Part shown: piece by piece, positions 9,890-19,683 of the stretch
Position numbering within the stretch: the stretch's first letter is position 1
How the letters are laid out: each line of letters begins with the position of its first letter
Virus record (IMG/VR): IMGVR_UViG_3300037400_002732
Location: 64,001-128,000 of that record
DNA: 64,000 nucleotides
From: a virus
Taxonomy: Duplodnaviria > Caudoviricetes
Reading direction: 5' to 3' (one strand)
Notes under the pieces: model-generated
Told to the model about the DNA's origin: nothing
The model's input: only the letters and a program-made list of their open reading frames with translations
The model's database searches: none
Translations under genes and position numbers: made by a program

Positions 9890-9918
9890 AATGTAGTTAT
9901 GAATAATTTGAATTGCAA
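9890..9918 (-). promoter_or_regulatory. Early/middle promoter TTGCAA-N17-TACATT
   Basis: Copy of the TTGCAATTCAAATT motif upstream of uvsX. Confidence 0.8.
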
Positions 9919-9924
9919 ATTGGC

Positions 9925-10860
9925 TTAAAATCGTAAATTTTGGTCATTTCCTTTAGCGGGCGATAGTAAGTTTATACCTCCTTCAAGAGTTTCCCATGCG
10001 TCACTCAAGCTCATAATAGGCGTCATGAATACGTCCACCTTATCGAACTTGACCTTCGTCCAAGGGAACCGCATCGAGTTTATCTTGAGCGGCTGCCTCG
10101 TCACGATAACATACGGCTTGAACTCGCTAAGCTTCTTCGCGTCGTACGTGCCAGATATGTTTATCAGACTCAGAATGGCTCGATTGTCCACCACGCCAGT
10201 AATTTTTACCGACGGCGGGACATTGGGTTTCAACTCGACAAACGCCAGTGTCTTGCCCCTACCGTTGGTCATGAACAGTTCCTCGTAACGACGGTCACGG
10301 ATGACGGCCAAATACTCGCCAAGGTCAAAATAACCTACCAGAGAACGGTGTCTTGGCATCTGGTAACTGGTATAGACATACCTAGCGATCACTGGTTCGT
10401 ACAGCTTTCCGTTATTGTCCCCAAGGTGCGTCATCAAGTTATAGATGCCCTTCAAGTCCTTTCGGCCATATTCCCTCAACGAAAACTTACGCTGGGCCGA
10501 ATCTACAATGGTCAACGCCCATGTCTCATACCATGAGAACTTCGAAACAAATGTGAACCCGCTAATATTCAGCGACGAATCCTCCGGAAACGAGTTAAGG
10601 GCTCGTGTCAACGCACCCGGCGATGAATCCGCCGCAACCACCGTATCGTTAACCACATGGATATCGACCGTGCGGCCATGCAGCCTTATCGACGGAATAC
10701 CGATACCCATCTTGTTGACATACGGCTCCTCGGTCTTGACAACGTGATCGTCAAGCGAGCCATCGGTCGCCATGCCGAACTCATCGGCAACGGACATGTA
10801 GTCCAACGTACGGTCTTTGACGTACACTAGCTGTTTGGAGCCAACTATTTGAACAAACAT
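9925..10860 (-). CDS. Hypothetical protein (311 aa)
   Basis: ORF whose start overlaps the upstream stop (TAATG coupling); no motif recognised. Confidence 0.75.
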   Translation of the reverse strand: MFVQIVGSKQLVYVKDRTLDYMSVADEFGMATDGSLDDHVVKTEEPYVNKMGIGIPSIRLHGRTVDIHVVNDTVVAADSSPGALTRALNSFPEDSSLNISGFTFVSKFSWYETWALTIVDSAQRKFSLREYGRKDLKGIYNLMTHLGDNNGKLYEPVIARYVYTSYQMPRHRSLVGYFDLGEYLAVIRDRRYEELFMTNGRGKTLAFVELKPNVPPSVKITGVVDNRAILSLINISGTYDAKKLSEFKPYVIVTRQPLKINSMRFPWTKVKFDKVDVFMTPIMSLSDAWETLEGGINLLSPAKGNDQNLRF

Positions 10861-13145
10861 TAGACCATCCTACCACGGTTTTTGAATGGAAGACGAATCA
10901 TTTCCGAACGTGCGCTCGGCAGTACCACGCACAGCAGCAAGTAGTAAAGGTTCTCGCTGTTATCGAATTCGCAAGTACTCTGGTCGCCGTCGATATAGAC
11001 ACGAGGCTCATAGATGCCCACTTGCTGGATGCATTCTTGAAGCAAGGCCATGCCTTCCTCTTGAGAACCTATCTTGAACAGTCGCTGCTCAATACCAGTA
11101 CCGAAGTCTTGGTTAAACAAGCGTTCGCCTGGGTTGGTAAGCAAGATCGAATAGACATTCTGAATCAAGCTGGTTTCGTCAGTGACTTCCTTCATGTTGA
11201 GGAAACCCATGTCACGGTTATACATCGCCGTACGACCCACACGGTCAACGTCGATTACACCCGGCTTCAGCTTTTTAGCCAATGGAATACTTTTATTAAA
11301 CTCGCCACCGCTAACATACACGCTAGCATTGTCATACGTAAGCGGAATAAGCTCACCAGTCGTCGGCTTACGATAGACCATAACAGTGTACGAACCTTCC
11401 AGACCATCTGGAACCACTACATCAAGGTACGTTGAATTACCAGACACTATAGTAGCGGTCTGCGTCCCGATTTGAACCACGTTCGAGAATATTGAGTTGC
11501 CAAAATTATTTACCGACACATCAGTCGGCGTAATACGAATAATTTGGCCGGGTTCAGCCATCGTAGCAGACAAATTAATTTCAAACGGTTCTGGGGTTAC
11601 GCCAGACGATCCGCCGGATATCACGATGTTAGGATAATGCTCACGGTCATCGCAGTTAGCGGACGAAAAGGTAACGCTCGGTTCACCTTCGCCTATAACC
11701 TTAATCGCAATCGACGGCGTGTACGACGCATTTCCAGACAGCCAATCCGAAATTATGCTGGACGCAATCTGAATAGTCACAGAACGACCATAATTGGTCG
11801 CGCCGCCACTCTCACTATATGTATGGTCGTTGTTATCATGTTCCAATGCTGGATTATACAGAGTCGCATTGCCTATAGGAATACCAGTAAAATGTTCCTT
11901 GATTTCGTCATACGTCATTGACGGACTCCATCCAGCAGAATCCATCTGATACAGCATAATAGTGGCTTCGCTATACGTCATATCCTCAACGAACAAGGTT
12001 AGTTCGGCAGACGCAGTTTCTTCAGCACTAATGATATTAGATGCAAACTGCAAACAAACGATAGACTCTCTAGAACCACCACGGCAAATCAACTGCTTGC
12101 TGTTGCTATGGTCAGTCTGTACGTCTCCAGTCTCAAAATAAGTATCGATTTTCGGCGTCAGCAGAATGGTATTTTCATTAGGGTCATAAACCGGTGCGTT
12201 ACTCAACTGAGTGTCAACACCAGAACGAGTACCACTAGACGATACCACGGGCCAGTTAACTGGAACGGAACTGGCTGGAATTCTAGCACAATACATAGTT
12301 TTAGCAACGACAGTCGAATCACCAAGGAATGCATTGACCTTAACTTTTGAACCGTTAACCTCAAGTACTCTGCACAGAACTGTCCCGATACTCATACTAT
12401 CACCAACCATCATAACTGGTGTAGCTTGCAAGTTAAATTCGCCAAAATTAAACTCGGCACTTTCGTCGCTCAAACGAGTATAGTGGATATTACCGCAATC
12501 AAAGTAGCATACTCGCCACTTAGACAATGTATAGCCTTCTGGAGTAATCTCAACATCTATGTCAGCATCCGTATAATGCTTAACATCATAACGGTACACG
12601 TTGCCAGATACCTTATGAATAGTAAACGTGCCGCATATACGAAGACTGTTTGGGCCCAGCAAGTGCTTGCTAGCCAATTCGCTATTCGAAATAGTTACCG
12701 AATCACCATCATTCAATGAACTGTTAGCCAGTTCAAGAAACACCTCATTCGTCTTAACTATAATACGGCGTATATCGACTTCCGACTCTTTGCATTCGAT
12801 CAACAAATTCATTGGATTCTTGGCATCGCGTATTGCCGATTCAGAATCGTCAGAGAAATTGTCCGAAAAGTTAACCACGTTGCGGCCAACCGAAATGGGA
12901 ACCACCAGCTCCGTATTGAACTTGTGAGCGTCAATGCGCGGTTTACGAAATTCGCTTTTCCAGTCATCGTATGTAGTGCCAGCAACATCCGTAGTAAGAC
13001 CATAGCCAGTTGTGCCGTAATATGACTGAGGCCCATTGTAATAAAGGAACAGTCTTGCTCGGTACTCACCAGCAATTACATCCGACAAGTTAATCACATA
13101 CGTCGGCTTATTAGTTGTGTACTGTCGAGTTGCGTCTACTCGCAT
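10860..13145 (-). CDS. Baseplate protein with C-terminal gp25-like domain and long beta-rich N-terminal extension
   Basis: C-terminal SILLTNPGERLFNQDFGTGIEQRLF...YEPRV is the gp25/GPW signature; upstream DNRLRE-like (IDTYFETG...) and IPT/TIG-like segments. Confidence 0.8.
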   Translation of the reverse strand: MRVDATRQYTTNKPTYVINLSDVIAGEYRARLFLYYNGPQSYYGTTGYGLTTDVAGTTYDDWKSEFRKPRIDAHKFNTELVVPISVGRNVVNFSDNFSDDSESAIRDAKNPMNLLIECKESEVDIRRIIVKTNEVFLELANSSLNDGDSVTISNSELASKHLLGPNSLRICGTFTIHKVSGNVYRYDVKHYTDADIDVEITPEGYTLSKWRVCYFDCGNIHYTRLSDESAEFNFGEFNLQATPVMMVGDSMSIGTVLCRVLEVNGSKVKVNAFLGDSTVVAKTMYCARIPASSVPVNWPVVSSSGTRSGVDTQLSNAPVYDPNENTILLTPKIDTYFETGDVQTDHSNSKQLICRGGSRESIVCLQFASNIISAEETASAELTLFVEDMTYSEATIMLYQMDSAGWSPSMTYDEIKEHFTGIPIGNATLYNPALEHDNNDHTYSESGGATNYGRSVTIQIASSIISDWLSGNASYTPSIAIKVIGEGEPSVTFSSANCDDREHYPNIVISGGSSGVTPEPFEINLSATMAEPGQIIRITPTDVSVNNFGNSIFSNVVQIGTQTATIVSGNSTYLDVVVPDGLEGSYTVMVYRKPTTGELIPLTYDNASVYVSGGEFNKSIPLAKKLKPGVIDVDRVGRTAMYNRDMGFLNMKEVTDETSLIQNVYSILLTNPGERLFNQDFGTGIEQRLFKIGSQEEGMALLQECIQQVGIYEPRVYIDGDQSTCEFDNSENLYYLLLCVVLPSARSEMIRLPFKNRGRMV

Positions 13146-13152
13146 GGTAAAC

Positions 13153-15468
13153 CTACCTTGTCAAATGTCCTATCGCACCGTCGTCATCATCGTCATCATC
13201 GTCGTCATCGTCCCTAAGTACCATGTCGTCAGCTGGATCAGACTGTTCAGATGGTTCAGACGGCGTGGCGGTTTCATTGGAACCACCGTCCAGATCAATC
13301 ATAGGCTCATCGTCATCGTCAATCGTAAACAAATCATCGGATTCATCGGATTCTGCCGGAGTGTCTGGGGCATCTGCTGTCGGAGGAGCCTCTGGCTGCT
13401 CAGCCTCTGGCTCTTTCTCGTTTTCTTTCGCTTTATCTTTTTTCTTAACGGCAACGTTCGCAATGATAGCCCAGTCTTGATCCGTCATTTGAGTGCCATA
13501 TACATTAAGCTTTTGAGATATCACATCAAACGCATCAACCACTTTTGGGAGCAAGGTAGGATCGATATTGTATTCGTTTCCTTTATCTAACTCATTAACC
13601 AGCTTGCCAATAGTAGTCACACTCTCTTGTCCATCCAACTTGACTGGAGTCTGGGATAGCTCTTTCCATCGTATGTGATTATTGAGATACTCCATGAAAA
13701 CAGACGCCAATGACATGACTACTGGTTTAATCTGTTCAAAGTCTTCCTTGGTCGCTGATCCTTGGCTCAGCGCATAATCAAGCGTGTTGAATTTTTCATA
13801 CAAGTCACGCACTGGCTGCGTCATACGCTTGAAAATATGCTTGAAATTATGTTCATTTTCGGCATTCTCATCGGCTGATATATCCGTCTCGTAAGCAGTG
13901 TCCATCGCAGACATCATGTCGATCAGACGAACCTTTCCGCCAGTCGGAATAGTCTGCATGAATTCATAATATTCTTTCTTCAAGGCGTTACGAGCTTTAG
14001 CTTCTTCGCTAGTAGACACTGCATCAGTTTCTTCATCACTGAACGTAACCGAATCGAAAACCTTCTTCAACTTGCGCTCGATATTAGTAAAGAATGAACC
14101 CAATTTTTTAGCAGTATTGTCCACCACGTCAGCCAAACTCCGATTGAACGCAAGACCGTTAATTCTGCTCAGCTTACTGATTAGCTGCCCAATCTTGAAC
14201 TCATCAACGGTAACAATAGGATAGTCGCTACCGCCATAATGACAAGTACGTTGAGAAAGCTTGATTCCCTTGCCACCTTGATAAGCAAACTCAAGCAAGA
14301 AAGATGACAACGACGACACGGACTGTACCAATAAGTCCTCATTATTCAGCGAAACTTGAGGCATGGGAACATTTACCAGTATAGGAGTCTTATCGGCGAC
14401 AGCAACATAGGCCCTAACAGCAGACATTACGTTCTTAATCGAGTTGACAAATTTATCCATAATTTCTTTATGAATCGATTCGCCAGTATCTCCCATGTTA
14501 CCCATGTTGGCATGACCCTTCGCAATCTGTTCGTCAAGGCTATTATTTACACTGTTGGTATCAGCAGAATCATCCAGCTGAAGACTCGTCTGAGTCGCGC
14601 TTTCCTTCGCTTCTTGTACACTCGTCAGCATAACGTATTTACGAAGTTTAGAACCAGGATCACTGATTGCCTCAGCAAATTTTAGACCTTCTGCTGGGCT
14701 CAGTGCAATAGCATACTCGGTGGATCTTCCCTTTACCAGATCCATTGACTTCGGCGTAATTCCGCATAGCTGAAGAATGCCAGCACGGCCACCCTTTTCA
14801 TCAATTACTCGGTTACCGTTTTCGTCAATTCGCGTAAACTCTCTACCACGTTTACCAAGCAATATACGCAATCCGTTGACGCCTCCGTCAATAATCCATT
14901 CATTTTGGCCACTCTGATCCATACGGAATTTACATACAACGTTTTTATTATTTTCTTGCAACCACGTCAATGCCTTCGCAAGTTCAGCAGTTGATGCATC
15001 GGATCCAGCGAGTCGTGCAATCGGCTCCTTCGGAGCAAACCAAGCGACATTCTCCTTGATCTCGTTAGAAAAGTCGTACGTTCTGATGCCAGCTGTGCTA
15101 GAGTTTTTCGCATTATTGATAATGGCGAAGATACTACCCTTTCGAGTATCAAAGCTCTCTGGATGGCCATTCATCACATCAGCCAGCATTCGCTTCAACT
15201 GCGAAATCACGGTAGGATTTTCAGAATTTCGTTCAAACATGTCGAACTTGGCTTGCTTTGCATCAGCATACTGACCAATCGGCTTGTTAAGACGGTGATT
15301 TTCTTCAGTCGCCAACGACAAGGCAACTGCCATAAGCTTCGAGGTATCAACGTTGTTACTGTCGATATAACCATCGGCAACCATCTGGAGCCATGTTCTC
15401 AGTTCAATGTACAACAGCTTAATTTGTGATACCGAATCAACCTTCGCTTCTTTGTAAAAATTAGCCAT
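13153..15468 (-). CDS. Hypothetical late protein (771 aa, acidic C-terminal tail)
   Basis: Long ORF in the operon downstream of the 16502 late motif. Confidence 0.8.
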   Translation of the reverse strand: MANFYKEAKVDSVSQIKLLYIELRTWLQMVADGYIDSNNVDTSKLMAVALSLATEENHRLNKPIGQYADAKQAKFDMFERNSENPTVISQLKRMLADVMNGHPESFDTRKGSIFAIINNAKNSSTAGIRTYDFSNEIKENVAWFAPKEPIARLAGSDASTAELAKALTWLQENNKNVVCKFRMDQSGQNEWIIDGGVNGLRILLGKRGREFTRIDENGNRVIDEKGGRAGILQLCGITPKSMDLVKGRSTEYAIALSPAEGLKFAEAISDPGSKLRKYVMLTSVQEAKESATQTSLQLDDSADTNSVNNSLDEQIAKGHANMGNMGDTGESIHKEIMDKFVNSIKNVMSAVRAYVAVADKTPILVNVPMPQVSLNNEDLLVQSVSSLSSFLLEFAYQGGKGIKLSQRTCHYGGSDYPIVTVDEFKIGQLISKLSRINGLAFNRSLADVVDNTAKKLGSFFTNIERKLKKVFDSVTFSDEETDAVSTSEEAKARNALKKEYYEFMQTIPTGGKVRLIDMMSAMDTAYETDISADENAENEHNFKHIFKRMTQPVRDLYEKFNTLDYALSQGSATKEDFEQIKPVVMSLASVFMEYLNNHIRWKELSQTPVKLDGQESVTTIGKLVNELDKGNEYNIDPTLLPKVVDAFDVISQKLNVYGTQMTDQDWAIIANVAVKKKDKAKENEKEPEAEQPEAPPTADAPDTPAESDESDDLFTIDDDDEPMIDLDGGSNETATPSEPSEQSDPADDMVLRDDDDDDDDDDDGAIGHLTR

Positions 15469-15480
15469 ACGAATATCCCC

Positions 15481-16482
15481 TTATTGATTGTCGTCTGATT
15501 CAGTATCGCCAGACATGAACTCAGTATAGAATGCGTTGTAGCGAAGCCACTGGCCAACATTGACCGACCCAATGACACCAACAATGCCGTCAGCACCTTC
15601 GGACGGAGGTGTAATCGTTATACCGATCAATCCAGCATGGCTTAGCAAGGCCGCAGACACGATAATATTCCAGTCGGCAGCCGAATTAAAGTTAAACTCT
15701 TCTGGGAAGTCTTGGAACGTATAATTCACGTCGTGAGCCGAACGATAATACGAGTCATCAAGCGGAGGCAGCTTTTCGCACAGCCCAGTAATTTTGACTG
15801 AATCTGGGTTGTTATCCGCCGCGCTGTAATTGAAGAACGCGATAGGCTTCGACTTGTCATTCTGGAGAGCTATGACGGACGGCAACCTCATTGTAATCGT
15901 CTGATTCAACACATCGCCAGATTGCACCGTAGCTGGAGTCATATTAAGCGACATGGGTGAATTGGATGGCAATACTCCGTGAAGCGCACCAACAAACGAC
16001 TCGACGCTAAATCCGCCGTCGCACAGTTGCTTGGCGGAATTTCGCAAGTTAAATTCGTCCTCGGTATGTCCAGGAACATGAGGAAGTATTTCGTAGAATA
16101 GCTTTTCGGAAATCATGAATGCGCCAAACTCGTCGGCCATACCAGCAAATACTGGGCCCCTAACAAGCATGGCGAGCATGCTCGTGCCGTAGTCGATATC
16201 GTACTTCTTACCAGATACGGACTTCTTGAATTGTTCCGGACTTACGGTCATTGCGAACAAGTTGCATCGTTCTTCCCATGGGTTGATCCCCTTGTCCGCA
16301 AACGACTCGTGATAATATTGGTTAGCAATTCTCTGGTATGTATTGGCGAAACGGTTCTTCAGTGCTCCGTTTTTAGTGTCGCCAGCCGCAGTAAAATAGT
16401 CTTTAATGCCGAACGCTCGGAACATGTCGATCCAAGTGTCGCCAACGAAAGTTTTATCGAGTTCTGTAGCCATGACTTCCAC
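15481..16482 (-). CDS. Hypothetical late protein (about 330 aa; start GTG 16482 or ATG 16473)
   Basis: ORF directly downstream of TGATAAACT. Confidence 0.8.
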   Translation of the reverse strand: MEVMATELDKTFVGDTWIDMFRAFGIKDYFTAAGDTKNGALKNRFANTYQRIANQYYHESFADKGINPWEERCNLFAMTVSPEQFKKSVSGKKYDIDYGTSMLAMLVRGPVFAGMADEFGAFMISEKLFYEILPHVPGHTEDEFNLRNSAKQLCDGGFSVESFVGALHGVLPSNSPMSLNMTPATVQSGDVLNQTITMRLPSVIALQNDKSKPIAFFNYSAADNNPDSVKITGLCEKLPPLDDSYYRSAHDVNYTFQDFPEEFNFNSAADWNIIVSAALLSHAGLIGITITPPSEGADGIVGVIGSVNVGQWLRYNAFYTEFMSGDTESDDNQ

Positions 16483-16500
16483 GAGTACTAATGTACACGC

Positions 16501-16509
16501 AGTTTATCA
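16501..16509 (-). promoter_or_regulatory. Putative late promoter TGATAAACT
   Basis: TAACTGATAAACTGCGTGTA in a 33 bp intergenic gap. Confidence 0.8.
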
Positions 16510-16515
16510 GTTAGG

Positions 16516-17673
16516 CTACAGCAAATATTCCGGAAGATCTATCAAAACAGGCACTTCTTCGGTGTCTCCATCCTCGTCTGGATTGACGATCATGTCTGGT
16601 ACATTATCGTCTGGAGCAGGGCCATGCACCTCTTCGTCAAGTTCCCTAAGCATCTTGAGCAAGTACACATAACTTTCAAGAAACTCGTCGTCATCCACAT
16701 CGACATTAGCCAACGGCAAACGCTGTTCGGCAACAGTAGCGACGGCGGTATTGTAGTACCTGGCGTCATTCGGAATCCACACGTCAAACATGAACCCATT
16801 CGGCGTAGCTTGGCTGCCAACCCTAACAATGTCGGGGTCGCCACCAACCAAGATTACTTCATTTCCCTCTGGGAATGGATCTTCTTCCTTGGTGAAATCA
16901 CGGTACGGACGCAGCGTCTTTGACATAAGCCTATCCAGCACATATATGTCATAGAGATATCCACCAGGCAAGTATAGGCTTCCCAGTGACGATATAGTGC
17001 CGCTCTGAATCGACATGGAGACGAGATTATGGTCAATTTCGGTAGTATTGAACAACGGAGAATGCTTTGCGTAGTCAAGGACAAACTCGTTTACATTCAC
17101 TTGTTTCGAAACGAAACCAAGCGACACGACGTTATTGCATCCTTGAGTACTCAGCAGTTTGATTACACGGTTCGCGCCGTCCTCAAACTTAGCGTCGTTC
17201 TCGTCAATGCCCTCAAATTCGACATGGACTGGCAAGATATACGGAACTCCGCCATAAATCATAACGAAGCACAGCTCGGTTCGTGCATACATTCCTAATA
17301 CGCCACTTGCGGTAAACAGCTTTACCGGAGGCGAGTTGTCCGGATATCGTTTCTTCAAGTCCGCGATATATGTCTTGACATCGGTAGCCAAATCTTCGCC
17401 GTCAATGTCAGAAATGTAGGACACCAGTGCCTTATTACAGTTACGCACCAGTCCGCTCGATACAGCTCCGCCATGAGTAGCTTCGGCAAACGTATCGCCC
17501 ATTACTCGCTTGGCGTAGGCCATCGTCGAGATTATCCTACCACGGCAAAACCAGTCGGCAAACCTAATTGCCGACTTCTTGGTTTTCTGGACAACCGACA
17601 CTGCCTTCGATTTGACCTTGGCCTTTACAGCCAAAGCCTTCGACTTTATCTTAGAGATCAGCAACATCGACAA
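16516..17673 (-). CDS. Hypothetical protein (385 aa; basic N-terminus, acidic C-terminus)
   Basis: Long ORF overlapping the upstream gene in the dnaJ operon. Confidence 0.75.
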   Translation of the reverse strand: MSMLLISKIKSKALAVKAKVKSKAVSVVQKTKKSAIRFADWFCRGRIISTMAYAKRVMGDTFAEATHGGAVSSGLVRNCNKALVSYISDIDGEDLATDVKTYIADLKKRYPDNSPPVKLFTASGVLGMYARTELCFVMIYGGVPYILPVHVEFEGIDENDAKFEDGANRVIKLLSTQGCNNVVSLGFVSKQVNVNEFVLDYAKHSPLFNTTEIDHNLVSMSIQSGTISSLGSLYLPGGYLYDIYVLDRLMSKTLRPYRDFTKEEDPFPEGNEVILVGGDPDIVRVGSQATPNGFMFDVWIPNDARYYNTAVATVAEQRLPLANVDVDDDEFLESYVYLLKMLRELDEEVHGPAPDDNVPDMIVNPDEDGDTEEVPVLIDLPEYLL

Positions 17674-18031
17674 TCAGTCCCAAGCTGCCCTTGACTTCGT
17701 CATACCTCGGTTTGAGCGCGGCATTCATAAGCGAAAGTTCTTCCAGCTTGATAATGGTTTCGGTAATGGCCTTGGCAATCACTTCAGGCACTTTGGACTT
17801 GTCGTATTCGACTTCAAAGTCGTTCTTGACAACAATCTTGCCATCCTCATCGCGGCCAACTCCAGCCTTTTCGTATTCTTCATCGGAAACATTCACCGAG
17901 TCAAGAAACTCGTCGAACTTCACTCGGATGGGCCAAGTGCAGCCCAACTTCTGCGAATTGTTGATGATGTTGATACGGTCAGAAACCTTCAATTTAACGA
18001 TATTTGACATAAAGAAATCCTCTTTGTTCAC
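17651..18031 (-). CDS. Hypothetical protein (126 aa)
   Basis: ORF coupled to the dnaJ stop. Confidence 0.7.
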   Translation of the reverse strand: MNKEDFFMSNIVKLKVSDRINIINNSQKLGCTWPIRVKFDEFLDSVNVSDEEYEKAGVGRDEDGKIVVKNDFEVEYDKSKVPEVIAKAITETIIKLEELSLMNAALKPRYDEVKGSLGLIVDVADL

Positions 18032-18987
18032 TAAATTACATCATTTATACGGCTATCGCGCCATTCTTGGGCATGCTTGATATCTTCCTTCGAACGCTCG
18101 ATATTGACCGATACCAAGAAATCCACATTACCAATGCGCTTCTTGACTGGAAGATGATCGAAATCATTCGCCTCCAGAGTAATGTATTCAGACCATGCGC
18201 CGACCGTCAGACGCTTCGTAACGCCTAGCACAACATCTTCCGGATATACCGATACGGTAACTGGGACAGCCTTTAGATCTGGGTCATAGTTTATTCCGTT
18301 CACTGGCTGAACCGCAAACGAAATCATCAAGTGTCCATTTATGCCACCATGGACGCCACTATGGCCAGCATAAGGCACACGCATCTTTAGTGCGCCGGGA
18401 ACATAACGGATGACCTTCTCGACTACCTTCTTAGTAACGCCCTTGCCTCTACATACCGTACATGGTTCAGCGAACACCGTGCCCTTTCCTTCGCAGACCT
18501 TACATGGTTGACGCTTTCCTTCAAGTATGACATAGCCATAGCCACCGCATACATGGCATGTATGCTCCCTATTTCCGCCAGTTCCGTCACACTGGAGACA
18601 TTCGACATTTCTGGTGAACTTAATCGGCATCGCATCGATACCACCGATGAACACGTCCACCGGAATCTTCACCTTGAGATTCACGTTCTTGCCGTTCTGC
18701 AGCTTTGGATCGACCTTCGGCGGATTCTTGAAATTTTCAGCCACGGTAGGACGGCCAAATACGGAAGACAGCATATTGAAGTCGGCAACAAATGCGTTCT
18801 TGGAATCATACTCCTTTCGTTTTTCCGGAGTATCAATCAAGGCATACGCCTCATTGAGTTCAATCATCTTGGAGTCGTCGCCGTTATTCTTGTCTGGGTG
18901 ATACTTACGAGCAAGCTGCTTGTAACTAGCCAAGATTTCGTCGTCAGTTGCGTCAGGCTTCACGTTTAGCACTTCGTATGCGTTCAT
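18031..18987 (-). CDS. dnaJ: DnaJ-family co-chaperone
   Basis: J-domain with KYHPDKN and LNEAY; four CxxCxGxG repeats; GHSG..GGINGHL C-terminal motif. Confidence 0.92.
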   Translation of the reverse strand: MNAYEVLNVKPDATDDEILASYKQLARKYHPDKNNGDDSKMIELNEAYALIDTPEKRKEYDSKNAFVADFNMLSSVFGRPTVAENFKNPPKVDPKLQNGKNVNLKVKIPVDVFIGGIDAMPIKFTRNVECLQCDGTGGNREHTCHVCGGYGYVILEGKRQPCKVCEGKGTVFAEPCTVCRGKGVTKKVVEKVIRYVPGALKMRVPYAGHSGVHGGINGHLMISFAVQPVNGINYDPDLKAVPVTVSVYPEDVVLGVTKRLTVGAWSEYITLEANDFDHLPVKKRIGNVDFLVSVNIERSKEDIKHAQEWRDSRINDVI

Positions 18988-19010
18988 AATGGTCTATTTC
19001 CCTAATTAAC

Positions 19011-19019
19011 TGATAAACT
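19011..19019 (+). promoter_or_regulatory. Putative late promoter TGATAAACT
   Basis: Motif 25 bp upstream of ATG 19045. Confidence 0.8.
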
Positions 19020-19044
19020 ACATTAAAATCAATCAGAGACCACA

Positions 19045-19638
19045 ATGACGGACGGATTTAAACTGTTATTAGAAGCAGCACACAAGAAAAAGAAGAAAGG
19101 CCCAAGCCATCCTCGAATCGGATTTCCCGGTTACGGTTTCAGCAGTGTACCCGGTGACAGAGCCCAAACAGATAAATTTTGTCCGTCGATTTCCGATTCG
19201 GGTAACATAGTAATGCCAGCACCGACGCCAATACATACCCAAGGCCAAGACAGCGGTGGCGTCATTGTAATGACTCCTGGCAACGGTGATGGCGGAGACG
19301 GTGGCCCAGTCATGGCAGCCCCTACAGCTGGAGACGGCGGCGGAGCAGCAGCTGGCGAATCGGTTGAAATGAATAAGATCAACAGCATCATCGAATCATA
19401 CAAGACCGCCAACCCAAACTCACCAGTCATTGAAGAAATTCAGTCAATGCTCAAAAGTGTGAACGAAGGAAACGGTTACCTTTACCATTCATGCGACGGC
19501 GCAACGGCCATTACGCCGAACGAGCTTCCTCCGGTCGCAGAATCCCAAGTCTCCGCACTTGCAGCCGCATGTGAGTCTACATTGAGTGCATTCAAGAAAT
19601 ACACTGGATTCGACTACCTATCGTGGCGAAACAATTAA
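19045..19638 (+). CDS. Hypothetical late protein, possible head-internal protein
   Basis: Own late motif and terminator; N-terminal LLLEAA followed by a poly-Lys stretch. Confidence 0.75.
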   Translation: MTDGFKLLLEAAHKKKKKGPSHPRIGFPGYGFSSVPGDRAQTDKFCPSISDSGNIVMPAPTPIHTQGQDSGGVIVMTPGNGDGGDGGPVMAAPTAGDGGGAAAGESVEMNKINSIIESYKTANPNSPVIEEIQSMLKSVNEGNGYLYHSCDGATAITPNELPPVAESQVSALAAACESTLSAFKKYTGFDYLSWRNN

Positions 19639-19656
19639 CCATTTTACCATAAAAAG

Positions 19657-19682
19657 AAAGGCGGCATTTAGCCGCCTTTTTT
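19657..19682. terminator. Bidirectional intrinsic terminator
   Basis: AAAGGCGGC-ATTTA-GCCGCCTTTTTT, A/T tracts on both sides, between convergent genes. Confidence 0.88.
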
Positions 19683-19683
19683 G

